From NCBI GenBank assembly GCA_026004595.1, contig BPJL01000002.1, positions 65,431 to 129,430 of the forward strand: a stretch of DNA of 64,000 nucleotides. Direction: 5' to 3'. A program made the translations under genes and the position numbers. Each line of letters begins with the position of its first letter. Positions within the stretch are counted from its first letter, which is position 1. Positions 54,821 to 64,000 of this stretch are shown piece by piece. Under the pieces are notes generated by a model, which did not search any database, was not told where the DNA came from, and saw only the letters and a list, made by a program, of their open reading frames with translations. The DNA is from Patescibacteria group bacterium (GTDB lineage: Bacteria > Patescibacteriota > WWE3 > UBA101185 > UBA10185).

Positions 54821-56194
54821 ATGACCCAGTTGAAATTGTTTGTCATATCATTGGTAGTTTTTATAATTCCATTCCTTATCCCCAGCTTTCGTACATTAAA
54901 CTCTATGATAATTCAAAGCGAGGATACTGTTCCCACTATATTTACTACTATAGCAATTGTTAAAGACAGATCTCTTTATCTTGATCCTTATTATGAAATG
55001 ATGAGGAAAAGATATCCTCATCCCGATGACAAGGATTACAAAAAAGGACTGACCCCATTTTACCTGCAGAAGATTGGTAACCACTATCTCTCAGCATTTC
55101 CAATAATGACGTCAATTATTTCTGTTCCAGTTTTTGTTCTTCCTATTTTATTGGGAATGCCAATGACTTGGGAAAACTTGGCGCTGTTAGGTCATATTTC
55201 AGGCGCATTAATAATGTCTTTAGCCGGTTTGTTTCTTTTTAAGACTCTTAAAGAAGGGTTCAGTTTAGAGGATAAAAAGTCCGGTCTGCTTACAATAATT
55301 TTTCTTTTCGCTACAGTTAATTTTGCTATGCTTTCGCAAGCTATGTGGCAGCACGGGACTCTCCAGCTTTTCACTATTTTAGGTATTTACTTTTTTCTAA
55401 AACAGCATAAATACGCCGAGAAATACGAGTACACCCTTCTTTCCGGACTTTTCTTCGGTTTGGCCTTTTTAGCTCGTCCTACAGCAGGATTGCCAATTGT
55501 TCTTATCGAACTTTACCTAATTTTTTCCAACCTTCATAAGATAGATAAACTTTTTAAAGTTTCTGTGACCTTTTTATTGGGGCTTTTGATCGCTTTCTCT
55601 TTTTTTCTTTGGTATAACTCTGCGTATTATTACGACATACAAAACCAAGGGTATTCTGATCAGATTTTCAAGTCTTGGCTATCACCATTTCCTCTGAGTT
55701 TTATCGGTGTATGGATTTCTCCGAGCAAGGGAATACTGATTTTTTCTCCTGTATTGATTTTTTCCTTTGTCGGACTCTACCTAGCAATAAAAAACAAAAT
55801 TGAAAAAATTGGTTTATATGGAGTTTTTGCCGCTATCGTAATCTTGCATACATTAGTAATAAGTTTTTGGAAGCATTGGTATGGGGGCTGGTCTTTCGGT
55901 TACAGAATGTCGAGCGATGTACTCCCGTATTTTATTTTTTTACTTGTTCCATACATAAACTCTGACTTATTCCAAAGGACAAAGAAGATATTTCTCATTT
56001 TGCTTTTTGTTTCCATATTAATAGAGATATATGGGTTATTCTTTTTTGATGGTATTTGGCATGCGGCATACGACCTCGGCTATGAAGATACGTCATGGCT
56101 TTGGTCTATAAAAGATTCCCAGTTTTTGTTTGATATCAGGCGAGTGTTGGTAAAGTTTGGGTTGCTTAGTTCGGCCTGTCCTAAGTGTTTGTAG
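54821..56194 (+). CDS. Polytopic GT-C-like membrane protein
   Basis: Start placed at ATG 54821, 9 nt after TATAAT. SED, ARP, SPSKGILIFSP and WYGGWSFGYR motifs. Confidence 0.68.
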   Translation: MTQLKLFVISLVVFIIPFLIPSFRTLNSMIIQSEDTVPTIFTTIAIVKDRSLYLDPYYEMMRKRYPHPDDKDYKKGLTPFYLQKIGNHYLSAFPIMTSIISVPVFVLPILLGMPMTWENLALLGHISGALIMSLAGLFLFKTLKEGFSLEDKKSGLLTIIFLFATVNFAMLSQAMWQHGTLQLFTILGIYFFLKQHKYAEKYEYTLLSGLFFGLAFLARPTAGLPIVLIELYLIFSNLHKIDKLFKVSVTFLLGLLIAFSFFLWYNSAYYYDIQNQGYSDQIFKSWLSPFPLSFIGVWISPSKGILIFSPVLIFSFVGLYLAIKNKIEKIGLYGVFAAIVILHTLVISFWKHWYGGWSFGYRMSSDVLPYFIFLLVPYINSDLFQRTKKIFLILLFVSILIEIYGLFFFDGIWHAAYDLGYEDTSWLWSIKDSQFLFDIRRVLVKFGLLSSACPKCL

Positions 56195-56245
56195 CGGTTA
56201 GACTGCCCAGCTGGGAAGTGGTAGGATAGCCCTTGAAACTGAAAT

Positions 56246-57448
56246 ATGGAACATAGTGATTGTAAATACAATATAATCTGCCTATCAAACCAGTTGTGGG
56301 ACTATCCCCTTTGGACAAACAAAAAACATGTGATGTCTAGAATGAGCAAGCTGGGGCACAATGTTTTATTTGTGGATCCCCCCATCAACACAGGCCGCTT
56401 ATTTTTGAAACAGATATCAATGGGAAAGTGGCCGCCTGCCAGGATTATTACGAAAAAGAAGAAGGAAGAAAAAGTGTTAATCTATTCGCCGCTTGATTTT
56501 TCTCCTGCTCACGAAAAGCATTCTATTAGCCACGCCAAATCAATTCAAAAGATCGCGAAAAAATATTTTGATATTTCTAGAAAGACTATCCTTTGGGTCT
56601 ACCATGTTGAGATAGCGGGGCTTGAAAACTATCTAAAACACATTGAACACGATTTTTTGGTTTACGACTGTGTTGACAATTATGCAGGGTTTCCCAGATA
56701 CAATACTCCCGAAAAGAAAGAAGCGATAAATAAGAAAGAACAGGCTTTAGCTTTGAGAGCTAATGTAATTTTCGCTACGGCGCCGGGTCTTGTTGAGAAG
56801 CTTAAAAAATTTAACTCCGAGGTTTATTTTACTCCCAATGTCGGTGATTACACTAAATTTTTTGATATAAAAAGACGGGTTGCTAGATTTCCGGAAGATA
56901 TTGCTTCAATTCCCCATCCGATAATCGGTTTTACCGGTGCAATAGATGAGTACAAATTTGATCTTGAGCTTTTTAAGAAAGTGGCTGCGGACTACCCAAG
57001 CTATTCTTTTGTGCTTATTGGGCCCCTTGCCCTGTCCGATCGTGAGGGATCGCTCGAAAAGCTTGGTATTAAGGGATTTTCTAATGTTTATCTACTCCCA
57101 ACCAAACCTTATTCCGAAATACAAAATTACGTGGCGTCTTTTGATGCAGCCATAATACCTTACAAACTGACGGATTATACGGTAGGTGGTTGTTTTCCTG
57201 TTAAATTCCACGATTACCTGGCGGCCGGGCTTCCGGTGGTAGTAACAGACCTTCCGGCTTACGCGCCCTTTTCTGAAGTGTGTTACATTTCAAAAAGCTA
57301 CAATGAGTTTTCTCAATTTATCAGAAGAGCGCTGGAAGAAGATAGCGAGGAAAAGATAAAAGCTAGACAGAAGGTCGCAAAAAATAATGATTGGGATGGG
57401 AAAGTAGAAAGGATGCTTAGGATAGTGACGGATCTCATTTCTAGGTAA
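56246..57448 (+). CDS. GT4 glycosyltransferase (TuaH-like)
   Basis: LVYDCVD, PIIGFTGAI and PVKFHDYLAAGLPVV motifs. Confidence 0.87.
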   Translation: MEHSDCKYNIICLSNQLWDYPLWTNKKHVMSRMSKLGHNVLFVDPPINTGRLFLKQISMGKWPPARIITKKKKEEKVLIYSPLDFSPAHEKHSISHAKSIQKIAKKYFDISRKTILWVYHVEIAGLENYLKHIEHDFLVYDCVDNYAGFPRYNTPEKKEAINKKEQALALRANVIFATAPGLVEKLKKFNSEVYFTPNVGDYTKFFDIKRRVARFPEDIASIPHPIIGFTGAIDEYKFDLELFKKVAADYPSYSFVLIGPLALSDREGSLEKLGIKGFSNVYLLPTKPYSEIQNYVASFDAAIIPYKLTDYTVGGCFPVKFHDYLAAGLPVVVTDLPAYAPFSEVCYISKSYNEFSQFIRRALEEDSEEKIKARQKVAKNNDWDGKVERMLRIVTDLISR

Positions 57449-57472
57449 TTTAATCTATACTTATATTTAAGA

Positions 57473-58621
57473 ATGAAGATTCTTTACACTCACAACTCGC
57501 AAAAATTAGGCGGAATGGAACAACACGTTCTTGATTTGGTAGAAGGTGTGGGCAGGCAAGGCCATGAGATTTTTGTTTGGTGCCCGGAGGGAAGGCCGTC
57601 GGAAAATTACAAAAAAGCTGGTGCGCAAGTGACTTATAAGCAAATATCGTCTGATTTTGATTCTAAATATATAAACGATCTGGCATCTTTTCTTAAAGAC
57701 AATGAAATAGATATAGTACACTCGCACGAATTAAAAGCCTGCGTTAATGCTCTTTTGGCGTCACGAAAGGCAAAAACCCCTGTTAAAATAACTCATACCC
57801 ACACGCCCATTTCTGAATGGAAAATAAACCCCTTGAAGAAGAAATTGAATGCAATGTTTTATAGTTTTATGGTTAATAAGTATTCTGACGCTGAAATTGC
57901 ATTAACTGAATCAAAGAAGAAAGTGAAAATAAAAGAGGGCATAAAAGAGGGCAAACTAGTTGTCATACCTAATGGAATCAATGTTGAAAAATTTGCCGTG
58001 TCTCACTTAGAGAGAAGAACAGGCGAAGAAGAAATAAGGAAGAAATACGATATAGGCAAGAATGCGTTTGTTTTTGGAAATGTTGGCAGGTTGACAAGAG
58101 AAAAAGGTTTAGATGTGCTGGTTGACGCTTTTCATAAATTTTTGAGCAACGATTATTATCATACTAAGGATTTTGCACTGCTTATCGCTGGTGGCGGCGA
58201 GATGGAAGGCGAAATAAAGCGGATCGCTGCTAATAGGGGTATTTCAGATAAAGTTATCATCACAGGTGAGTTCCCGCCCGAAGATTTAGTTAAGTACTAC
58301 TCGGCCTTTGACTTTTTTGTTTTTCCAACTTTAGCGGAGGGATTCGGTCTTGTTTTGATAGAAGCCCTTTACAATGAACTCCCAGTGATCTGCTCGGACT
58401 TGGATGTGTTGAAAGAAGTTGCCGGAGATACTGCTGTGTACTTTAAGACAGGCGATTCTGCCGATTTAGCAGGTAAAATGATTGAGGCGTATGAAAAGTT
58501 TGTTACTAACGACAATGCGCCCAGTTTTCGGGGCAAACAAAGGGTAGCAAATATGTTCTCCATGGACGCCTTCGTAAATAATTACATTTCGTTATATGAG
58601 AGATTGAGGAAAATAAAATGA
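57473..58621 (+). CDS. GT4 glycosyltransferase
   Basis: GGME, IPNGI, VGRLTREKG and EGFGLVLIEA motifs. Confidence 0.92.
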   Translation: MKILYTHNSQKLGGMEQHVLDLVEGVGRQGHEIFVWCPEGRPSENYKKAGAQVTYKQISSDFDSKYINDLASFLKDNEIDIVHSHELKACVNALLASRKAKTPVKITHTHTPISEWKINPLKKKLNAMFYSFMVNKYSDAEIALTESKKKVKIKEGIKEGKLVVIPNGINVEKFAVSHLERRTGEEEIRKKYDIGKNAFVFGNVGRLTREKGLDVLVDAFHKFLSNDYYHTKDFALLIAGGGEMEGEIKRIAANRGISDKVIITGEFPPEDLVKYYSAFDFFVFPTLAEGFGLVLIEALYNELPVICSDLDVLKEVAGDTAVYFKTGDSADLAGKMIEAYEKFVTNDNAPSFRGKQRVANMFSMDAFVNNYISLYERLRKIK

Positions 58622-59766
58622 AGGTTTTGATGCTTGGTCGTTATCATTTAATGGAGCAGGGGCGGAGGAGATAAGGTGCAAATTGATAATACGGCTCGAG
58701 AACTGAAGCGGCTTGGAGTTGATGTTGAAATAAAAACCGATGAAGATTTTGACCTCTTCCTTGTATGAATTGATTCATGTTTTTCAACTTGATTGGACCC
58801 CCCGAAACATATTTCTATGTAAAAAAAGCTTTTGAGGCGAAAAAGCCTATTGTTCTCTCACCCATACATCACAGCATTGAAGAAGTTAAAAGGTTTGATG
58901 ATCAGTACGTATTTGATTTTCGCCGCCTATCTAAAATTCTTTTCAAAAATCAATTCCACCGAGACACATTTAAAAATGTTTACCGTTCTTTACTAGACCC
59001 AAAAAAACTTAGCGACCGACCTTGTTTAGTGTTTTTTATGGTTTTGAGAGGATGCAGAAGGAAGCCTTGGAAATGTCCGACAAGGTGTTGGTACAGACCG
59101 AACTTGAAGCAAAAGATTTAGAGAAAACCTTCGGCGTTAAATTTGATTACGAGATAGTGAGAAATGGAGTCAGTCCTCACTTTATGGAGGCGGCGGATTC
59201 TGGCAGAAATCCTCTTGGAATATCAAATTATATTATATGTGTAGGCAGGATAGAGCCAAGAAAAAAACCAGCTTAGTGTGATAGAGGCAGTCAAAAATCT
59301 TCGAAATAAGACGGGAAGGGGATCTGCAGCTGGTTTTAGTAGGCAGTAAAGCCGGATCTAGGCATTTTGAGTACAATATTTTGTTTGGAAAAAAAACTGG
59401 CTGAGAACCCTTGGATACGCCATATTGAGCGGGGGTTCCATACGAGGAAATGCCCGATTATTACCGAAATGCTAAGGTGTGTGTCAGTGCTAGCTGGTTT
59501 GAGACCACCGGGTTGACAAGCCTTGAGGCTTTATTCTGCGGTACAAACGCTGTAGCGGCGGTGAGAGGGCTAGAGAGTGTCTTAGAAACTATGTTTCCTA
59601 CTGCCAACCCTGGGATTTGAAATCGATAGAAGAGGCCATTTTGAAAGAGCTTGATGCCCCCAGACCTCAAATTGCCGATGAATTAAGGAAAGAATATACT
59701 TGGGAAAAAGCCGCGGCCAAAACGCTGCAGGTTTATGAAGAGGTGCTTCGCAAATGGAAGAAATAG
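58618..59766 (+). CDS. GT4 glycosyltransferase (many indels)
   Basis: GGGDKVQI, VGRIEPRK, SWFETTGLTSLEAL and YTWEKAAAKTLQVY motifs in successive frames. Confidence 0.78.
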
Positions 59767-62618
59767 CAATTATTGCAGCAATTTGTCTACTTTCATATTT
59801 TCTTATCCTTCGTGATTTTGATTTTGCGGTGTATGTTATGCTGCTTCTCTCGATCTTCTTGCATAAAGAACTTTTTAGTTTTTACAGGTGGGACCTATTG
59901 CCTATAAGAGCCTTTATGCTTGCTCTTCTTGCCGCAGCTGTTACGAAAATTATTTATTGGTTTTTTCAAGAGCCGAGATCTCAAGATTGTTTTAAAGTTT
60001 GTTCGGGATCCAATTGTGATCTCAATAATTTTGTTATGGATTGTAAGGCTGATATCTCTGGTTAACTCAAAAAACATCCAAGCCTCTCTTTTTTTGTTTG
60101 GGTTTTTTACAACAATTGTGGCTTTGGTGCTGTCCATCTACTTTAATTACAAAGACCGTCAAGACCAAATACTGAAGTTTCTTCGCTTTTACATTTACGT
60201 GGCTTTTGCGCTGACCCTTTTCGGGTGGTTTCAGCTTTACCTTTATCAAACTAGGGAGGTGATTATTGGGGCTTTGTGGAATATACCGGGAAATATTCCA
60301 AGAGTTGGGGCGACTTTTTGGGATGTGAACCACTACGGAGCTTTTTTTGGCGGCCTTATTACCTTTGTTAAGTGTTCTGATTCTAACTGCAGATAGCGTA
60401 AAGAGAAGGGCAGTTGATGTTTTAGTGTTCCTTTCAATGCTGGGTGCCTTGCTGTTGACCAACAGCCGCACAGCCTGGATCATGGTCGGAGTAACATTTA
60501 TTGCCTTTTTGTCGGTGCTTTTATTTAGGAAAATAGGGACAAAGGGAGTTGCTTATCTATTTTTGGCGTTGTTCTTATGTTCAACGCCCCTTCTATATGA
60601 ATACAGCATAAAATCAAGCCCTTTTAGAGCAAGGGTTAAGCAGTATTTCCACTATAGAATGGATTCATTTGATTCGCATTTTATGCTTTTGGCGGGTGCA
60701 GTTGAGGTTTTTGAAAAATATCCGTTGATTGGGGGAGGGTATGGGTCATTTTTTGAGCATTTTAGTGCGACAAAAATTGCTCCGGCATATTTCAGCCGGG
60801 ATCCAGCCGCTTTAAACACAAGAGTGCCCGCCCACACCATATGGGGGGAGCTTTTGGCTGAAACCGGAGTTCTAGGATTAACGACGTTTAGTATATTTGT
60901 TTTTGCAACTATGGCTGGCTTGTTGTACGGCGCCTTAAAATTAATTAATAAAAAAGAATTTTTAATTAGCGCTGTATTTTTTTCGACGATTTTAGGTTGG
61001 CTCGTGGCGGGCGTCTTTTACTCATACAACTCGGAATTTTTCTGGATCATTATCTCTTTTATGACAGCGTGGGGGGAGTGGTGTGATATATGAAAAATAC
61101 GGAAGACAGAAAGTGCTAAGCTGGTTTTTCAGATCTGATAAACTCATCGGTGTGTTTTTGTTTTTACTTTCCTTTATGTTAATTTTTTCCAAATCTGGGT
61201 AAAAAATCATCTTATACCTTATGACGAAGCCATTTACGCAAAGATTGCGAGAAATATGGTTCATTCGGGTGAATATCTCTTTATGGAGTGGAAGCCTATG
61301 GCGGTTTGGTTTGAAAAACCGCCGCTGTACATATGGATGATGTCGTTATTTATGAAATCAATTGGAACCACTCCTTTAGCAGCAAGGTTCCCAAGTGCCA
61401 TTATGGGGCTGATGACCGTAATGATGGTTTATTTTGCCGGTAAAAAAATGTTTAACAAGACAGCAGGTTTCTTGTCAGCATTTGTTTTACTCACAACTAC
61501 CCAGTTTCTTTACTACTCACGTGCGGCGATGACTGATGTGACCACAACTTTTTTCGTTACTGCTTCCCTGCTCTCTTATCTGTTTGTGAGAGGGAAAAGG
61601 GGAAATCTTATTTGGCTTGTTCCCGGGGTGTTTGCAGGTTTTGCTGTTATGACAAAAGGTGTTGTAGGACTCCTGCCATTCCCGATAATTTTTTTATGTG
61701 AGATTTATCTTCTTGTTACAAGACAATCAAGATTTTCACCCAGATTTATCGGTCCGCTTTCATTCATGTTATTGGGATGGGCGGTTGTTGCCCTGCCTTG
61801 GCATATTTATATGTATAGGTTATTGGGTTCCGAATTTTTGAGGCAGTATATTGGCTATCACGTGTGGGATAGAGCTGTAACCGCTATTGAGGACAAGGGG
61901 CGTCCATTTTGGTGGTACCTGATAGTTTTGAAAGTGAGTATGAGAATTTGGTTTGTGGCTTTGCTGGCGGCATTGCCCGTGGCCGTTTACAAAGCAACAC
62001 AAAGAGGAGGAGTTTATGTCTTCCTTCTTATATGGGCGCTATTTGTGTTCCTCTTTTTTTCTATCGCGAAATCTAAGCTTGTGTGGTATGTGATGCCTTT
62101 GTACCCCGCTCTGGCTTTTTTGGTCGGCGCCTTTATTGATTCTCTTATTCGATTTGTAATGAGGCGGTTCAGGAAACTTGATAATTTTGTGTTTAAAGCA
62201 GCTGTTCTATTTATAATTTTTGCCGGATCTTTGATTTATTTTTATTTCAACAGACAGCTTGTTTATACTTCGGATCTTACAGGGGGCCGAGGCAGAGCTT
62301 CTGAAATTAAAAGATGAGAAATTTGGAATTAAAGAAAAAGTTTACATCGATCGAATGGATGTTCCGCTCGCAATGTACTACACAGAAGGCCCTTTTGAGA
62401 TAATCGATTTTAGAGCAGACAGAATTGACAGGGTTCCCCGTGTGACCTACGACCAAAAAATGATTTTGCTGACGAAAAAGGGGAGGTTTAGCGAAGAGGT
62501 GGTGGGAAAGAACTACCCTCCAATTGTTATTGAGGAAAGAGGAGACTGGGTGCTTTGGTATTTTGTGTCGCAAAAAGAATATGACGAGTCTGTGATTAAG
62601 CAGTCCGTTCAGCTTTAA
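59754..62618 (+). CDS. Probable fusion: O-antigen-ligase (WaaL/Wzy_C)-like domain plus ArnT/GT83-like GT-C domain (~950 aa after correcting six +1 homopolymer insertions)
   Basis: N-half LTNSRTAW and AHTIWGELLAETGVLG; C-half YDEAIYAKIARNM, FEKPPLY, ARFPSA, TKG and SKLVWYVMP. The linker reads through without a stop once indels are removed. Confidence 0.7.
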
Positions 62619-63804
62619 AAAGCGAGACGAAATACAGTGTTGTCGCCAGACCCGTGATTGCCGAAACAAGATTGGCCCAAGCTATTCCGTATAAGTCATA
62701 AACAGGTAGAAGTAAAGCTACAGCACACCCATAAGAAGCAAGCTTTATACCTGTGGAAATGATTATGTAGTTTGTTTTGCTCTCAACAAAGAAAAAGTTC
62801 TCTAAGAATGTGTGAATTGACGAAATGGCGGCAGCTATAATAAGTATATCTAAAAGTCCGACGGATCCGGCAAACTTTTCACCAAATACTCTGATAACGA
62901 AAATTTCAGATGCGAAAACAGACAGAGCGGCAAGTGCAATTATTCCCAAGCTGATTAAAAGAGTTTCTGCATAATCATATCTTTTGCCTGTAAGTTTTCT
63001 TGTTGCGTTTTTTGGAAGAAGTACTGCGAATATAGAGAGTGATACTAGCGAAAAAATGTTTGAAATTTTGTTAGCCAGGGAAAGAATTCCCACGTCACTA
63101 AATCCTTTTGCAAACTTAGCTATTGCATTGTTTAGCGTTCCCCAGCTTTCATAAACTATTTGGGAAGTGCCGGCAGGCAGAGCTTCCTTGAATAATATTG
63201 CCAGACCAGTCGGATCAATGTGCGGGCGTTTATTTTCTGATGGTAGTCTGAAATAAAGCAGGGCCCCGGCCAATATTGTCAGAGAAAAAACGCCGAAGCT
63301 TAAATCCAAGGTAGCCGGAAATATGTTGGCGAAAAGAGCCACGGCTACGGCCGCCTTTATCAGTTGCGGAATTGTATTTAACAAAATCATTTCAGAGTAT
63401 TTTTCCGCTCGCTGAAAGTATGCATAGAAAAGATAGTTCATCGTGTACGCGCCTGTTCCAAGAATGAAGATCAACGCTATTGTCGGAGTGAATACGTTTA
63501 ACAGCTTTAGGCATACTAGAGAAATTGGTATCGTGATAATAAATTGCAGAATTTTTAAAGTGAACAATGTATCAGACAGTTTATTATTTTGTTCTGTTAT
63601 GGAGCGAGCAACAAAAACTGAGTTCGCTCCGAAGTCTACTATTTTTGAAAGCGTTAGAAGGAGTGTTGAAAGAAGGGCGTACTTGCCGAATGTTTCAAGG
63701 TCAAGGGTGCGGGCGACGGCAGTTAGGAATAGAAAGCCGAGCCCGGCGTTAAACACGTTTCCGGCGCCGACAAGGGATATTTTTTTTATGGATTTTGTTG
63801 GCAC
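62596..63804 (-). CDS. Wzx/MOP-family oligosaccharide flippase
   Basis: ARTLDLETFGKY, DFG, VLLPK and YGIAWA motifs; about 12 TM. Confidence 0.85.
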   Translation of the reverse strand: MPTKSIKKISLVGAGNVFNAGLGFLFLTAVARTLDLETFGKYALLSTLLLTLSKIVDFGANSVFVARSITEQNNKLSDTLFTLKILQFIITIPISLVCLKLLNVFTPTIALIFILGTGAYTMNYLFYAYFQRAEKYSEMILLNTIPQLIKAAVAVALFANIFPATLDLSFGVFSLTILAGALLYFRLPSENKRPHIDPTGLAILFKEALPAGTSQIVYESWGTLNNAIAKFAKGFSDVGILSLANKISNIFSLVSLSIFAVLLPKNATRKLTGKRYDYAETLLISLGIIALAALSVFASEIFVIRVFGEKFAGSVGLLDILIIAAAISSIHTFLENFFFVESKTNYIIISTGIKLASYGCAVALLLPVYDLYGIAWANLVSAITGLATTLYFVSLFKAERTA

Positions 63805-63810
63805 AAGCCA

Positions 63811-63819
63811 ATTCTACCA
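63811..63819 (-). promoter_or_regulatory. Extended -10 promoter, leaderless, for the flippase
   Basis: Minus strand TGgTAGAAT, then 6 nt, then GTG 63804. Confidence 0.6.
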
Positions 63820-63847
63820 GGTAAATAATGGCAAAGAAATTTAAAAA

Positions 63848-64000
63848 TCATTCTTGAATTTTCAAGGCCTCTTTAAACACCCCTAATGTTATTTTTGCGG
63901 TATGTTCCCAGCTGTATAGTTTAGTTCTTTCGTACCCTTTTTTGATAATTCTTTGCCGAGTTTCGGAATCGTGGAGGATAGTGTTTATTTTTTCGGCTAT
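63848..64000 (-). CDS. GT4 glycosyltransferase, C-terminal fragment (runs off the window)
   Basis: IAEKINTIL...KKGYERTKLYSWEHTAKITLGVF, a typical GT4 C-terminus. Confidence 0.75.
   Translation of the reverse strand: MAEKINTILHDSETRQRIIKKGYERTKLYSWEHTAKITLGVFKEALKIQE

Noticed and set aside
50760-62290. Phase variation or decay of glycosyltransferase genes via homopolymer tracts
   Set aside because: The error signature matches that in rpoBC, with many short runs per gene clustered regionally. It cannot be separated from assembly error without reads.

Overview
Bacterial chromosome segment, almost entirely coded on the + strand, most consistent with Patescibacteria/CPR (Microgenomates/WWE3-like). 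That assignment is inferred from the missing rpmD, divergent ribosomal proteins and rarity of Shine-Dalgarno (SD) sites; standard code 11 is used. Bases 1-19958 hold the core information-processing cluster: end of rpoB, rpoC, the str operon, S10 and spc operons, secY, a YbaB/EbfC gene and adk. The alpha operon does not follow. From 20029 to the window end lies a >44 kb surface-glycosylation locus: 6 GT2, 9 GT4 and about 9 polytopic GT-C-like genes, 3 Wzx-type flippases, ugd, 2 methyltransferases, and a ferredoxin next to a B12-domain radical SAM enzyme. Two small inserted units stand out. The first (54462-54805) is a hidden ~59-aa C2HC zinc-finger gene with its own promoter and SD, followed by two hairpins that display anti-SD loops. 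The second (43674-44617) is an opposite-strand cassette of three small, apparently paralogous genes bracketed by imperfect inverted repeats. Other notable points are an internally deleted uL3, substitutions in normally conserved RNA polymerase motifs, a probable O-antigen-ligase/ArnT fusion, and repeated leaderless-type promoters. Many frameshifts at 1-6013 and ~50700-62300 are single-base homopolymer indels, most likely sequencing/assembly errors. All calls come from reading motifs by eye; no searches or computations were run.
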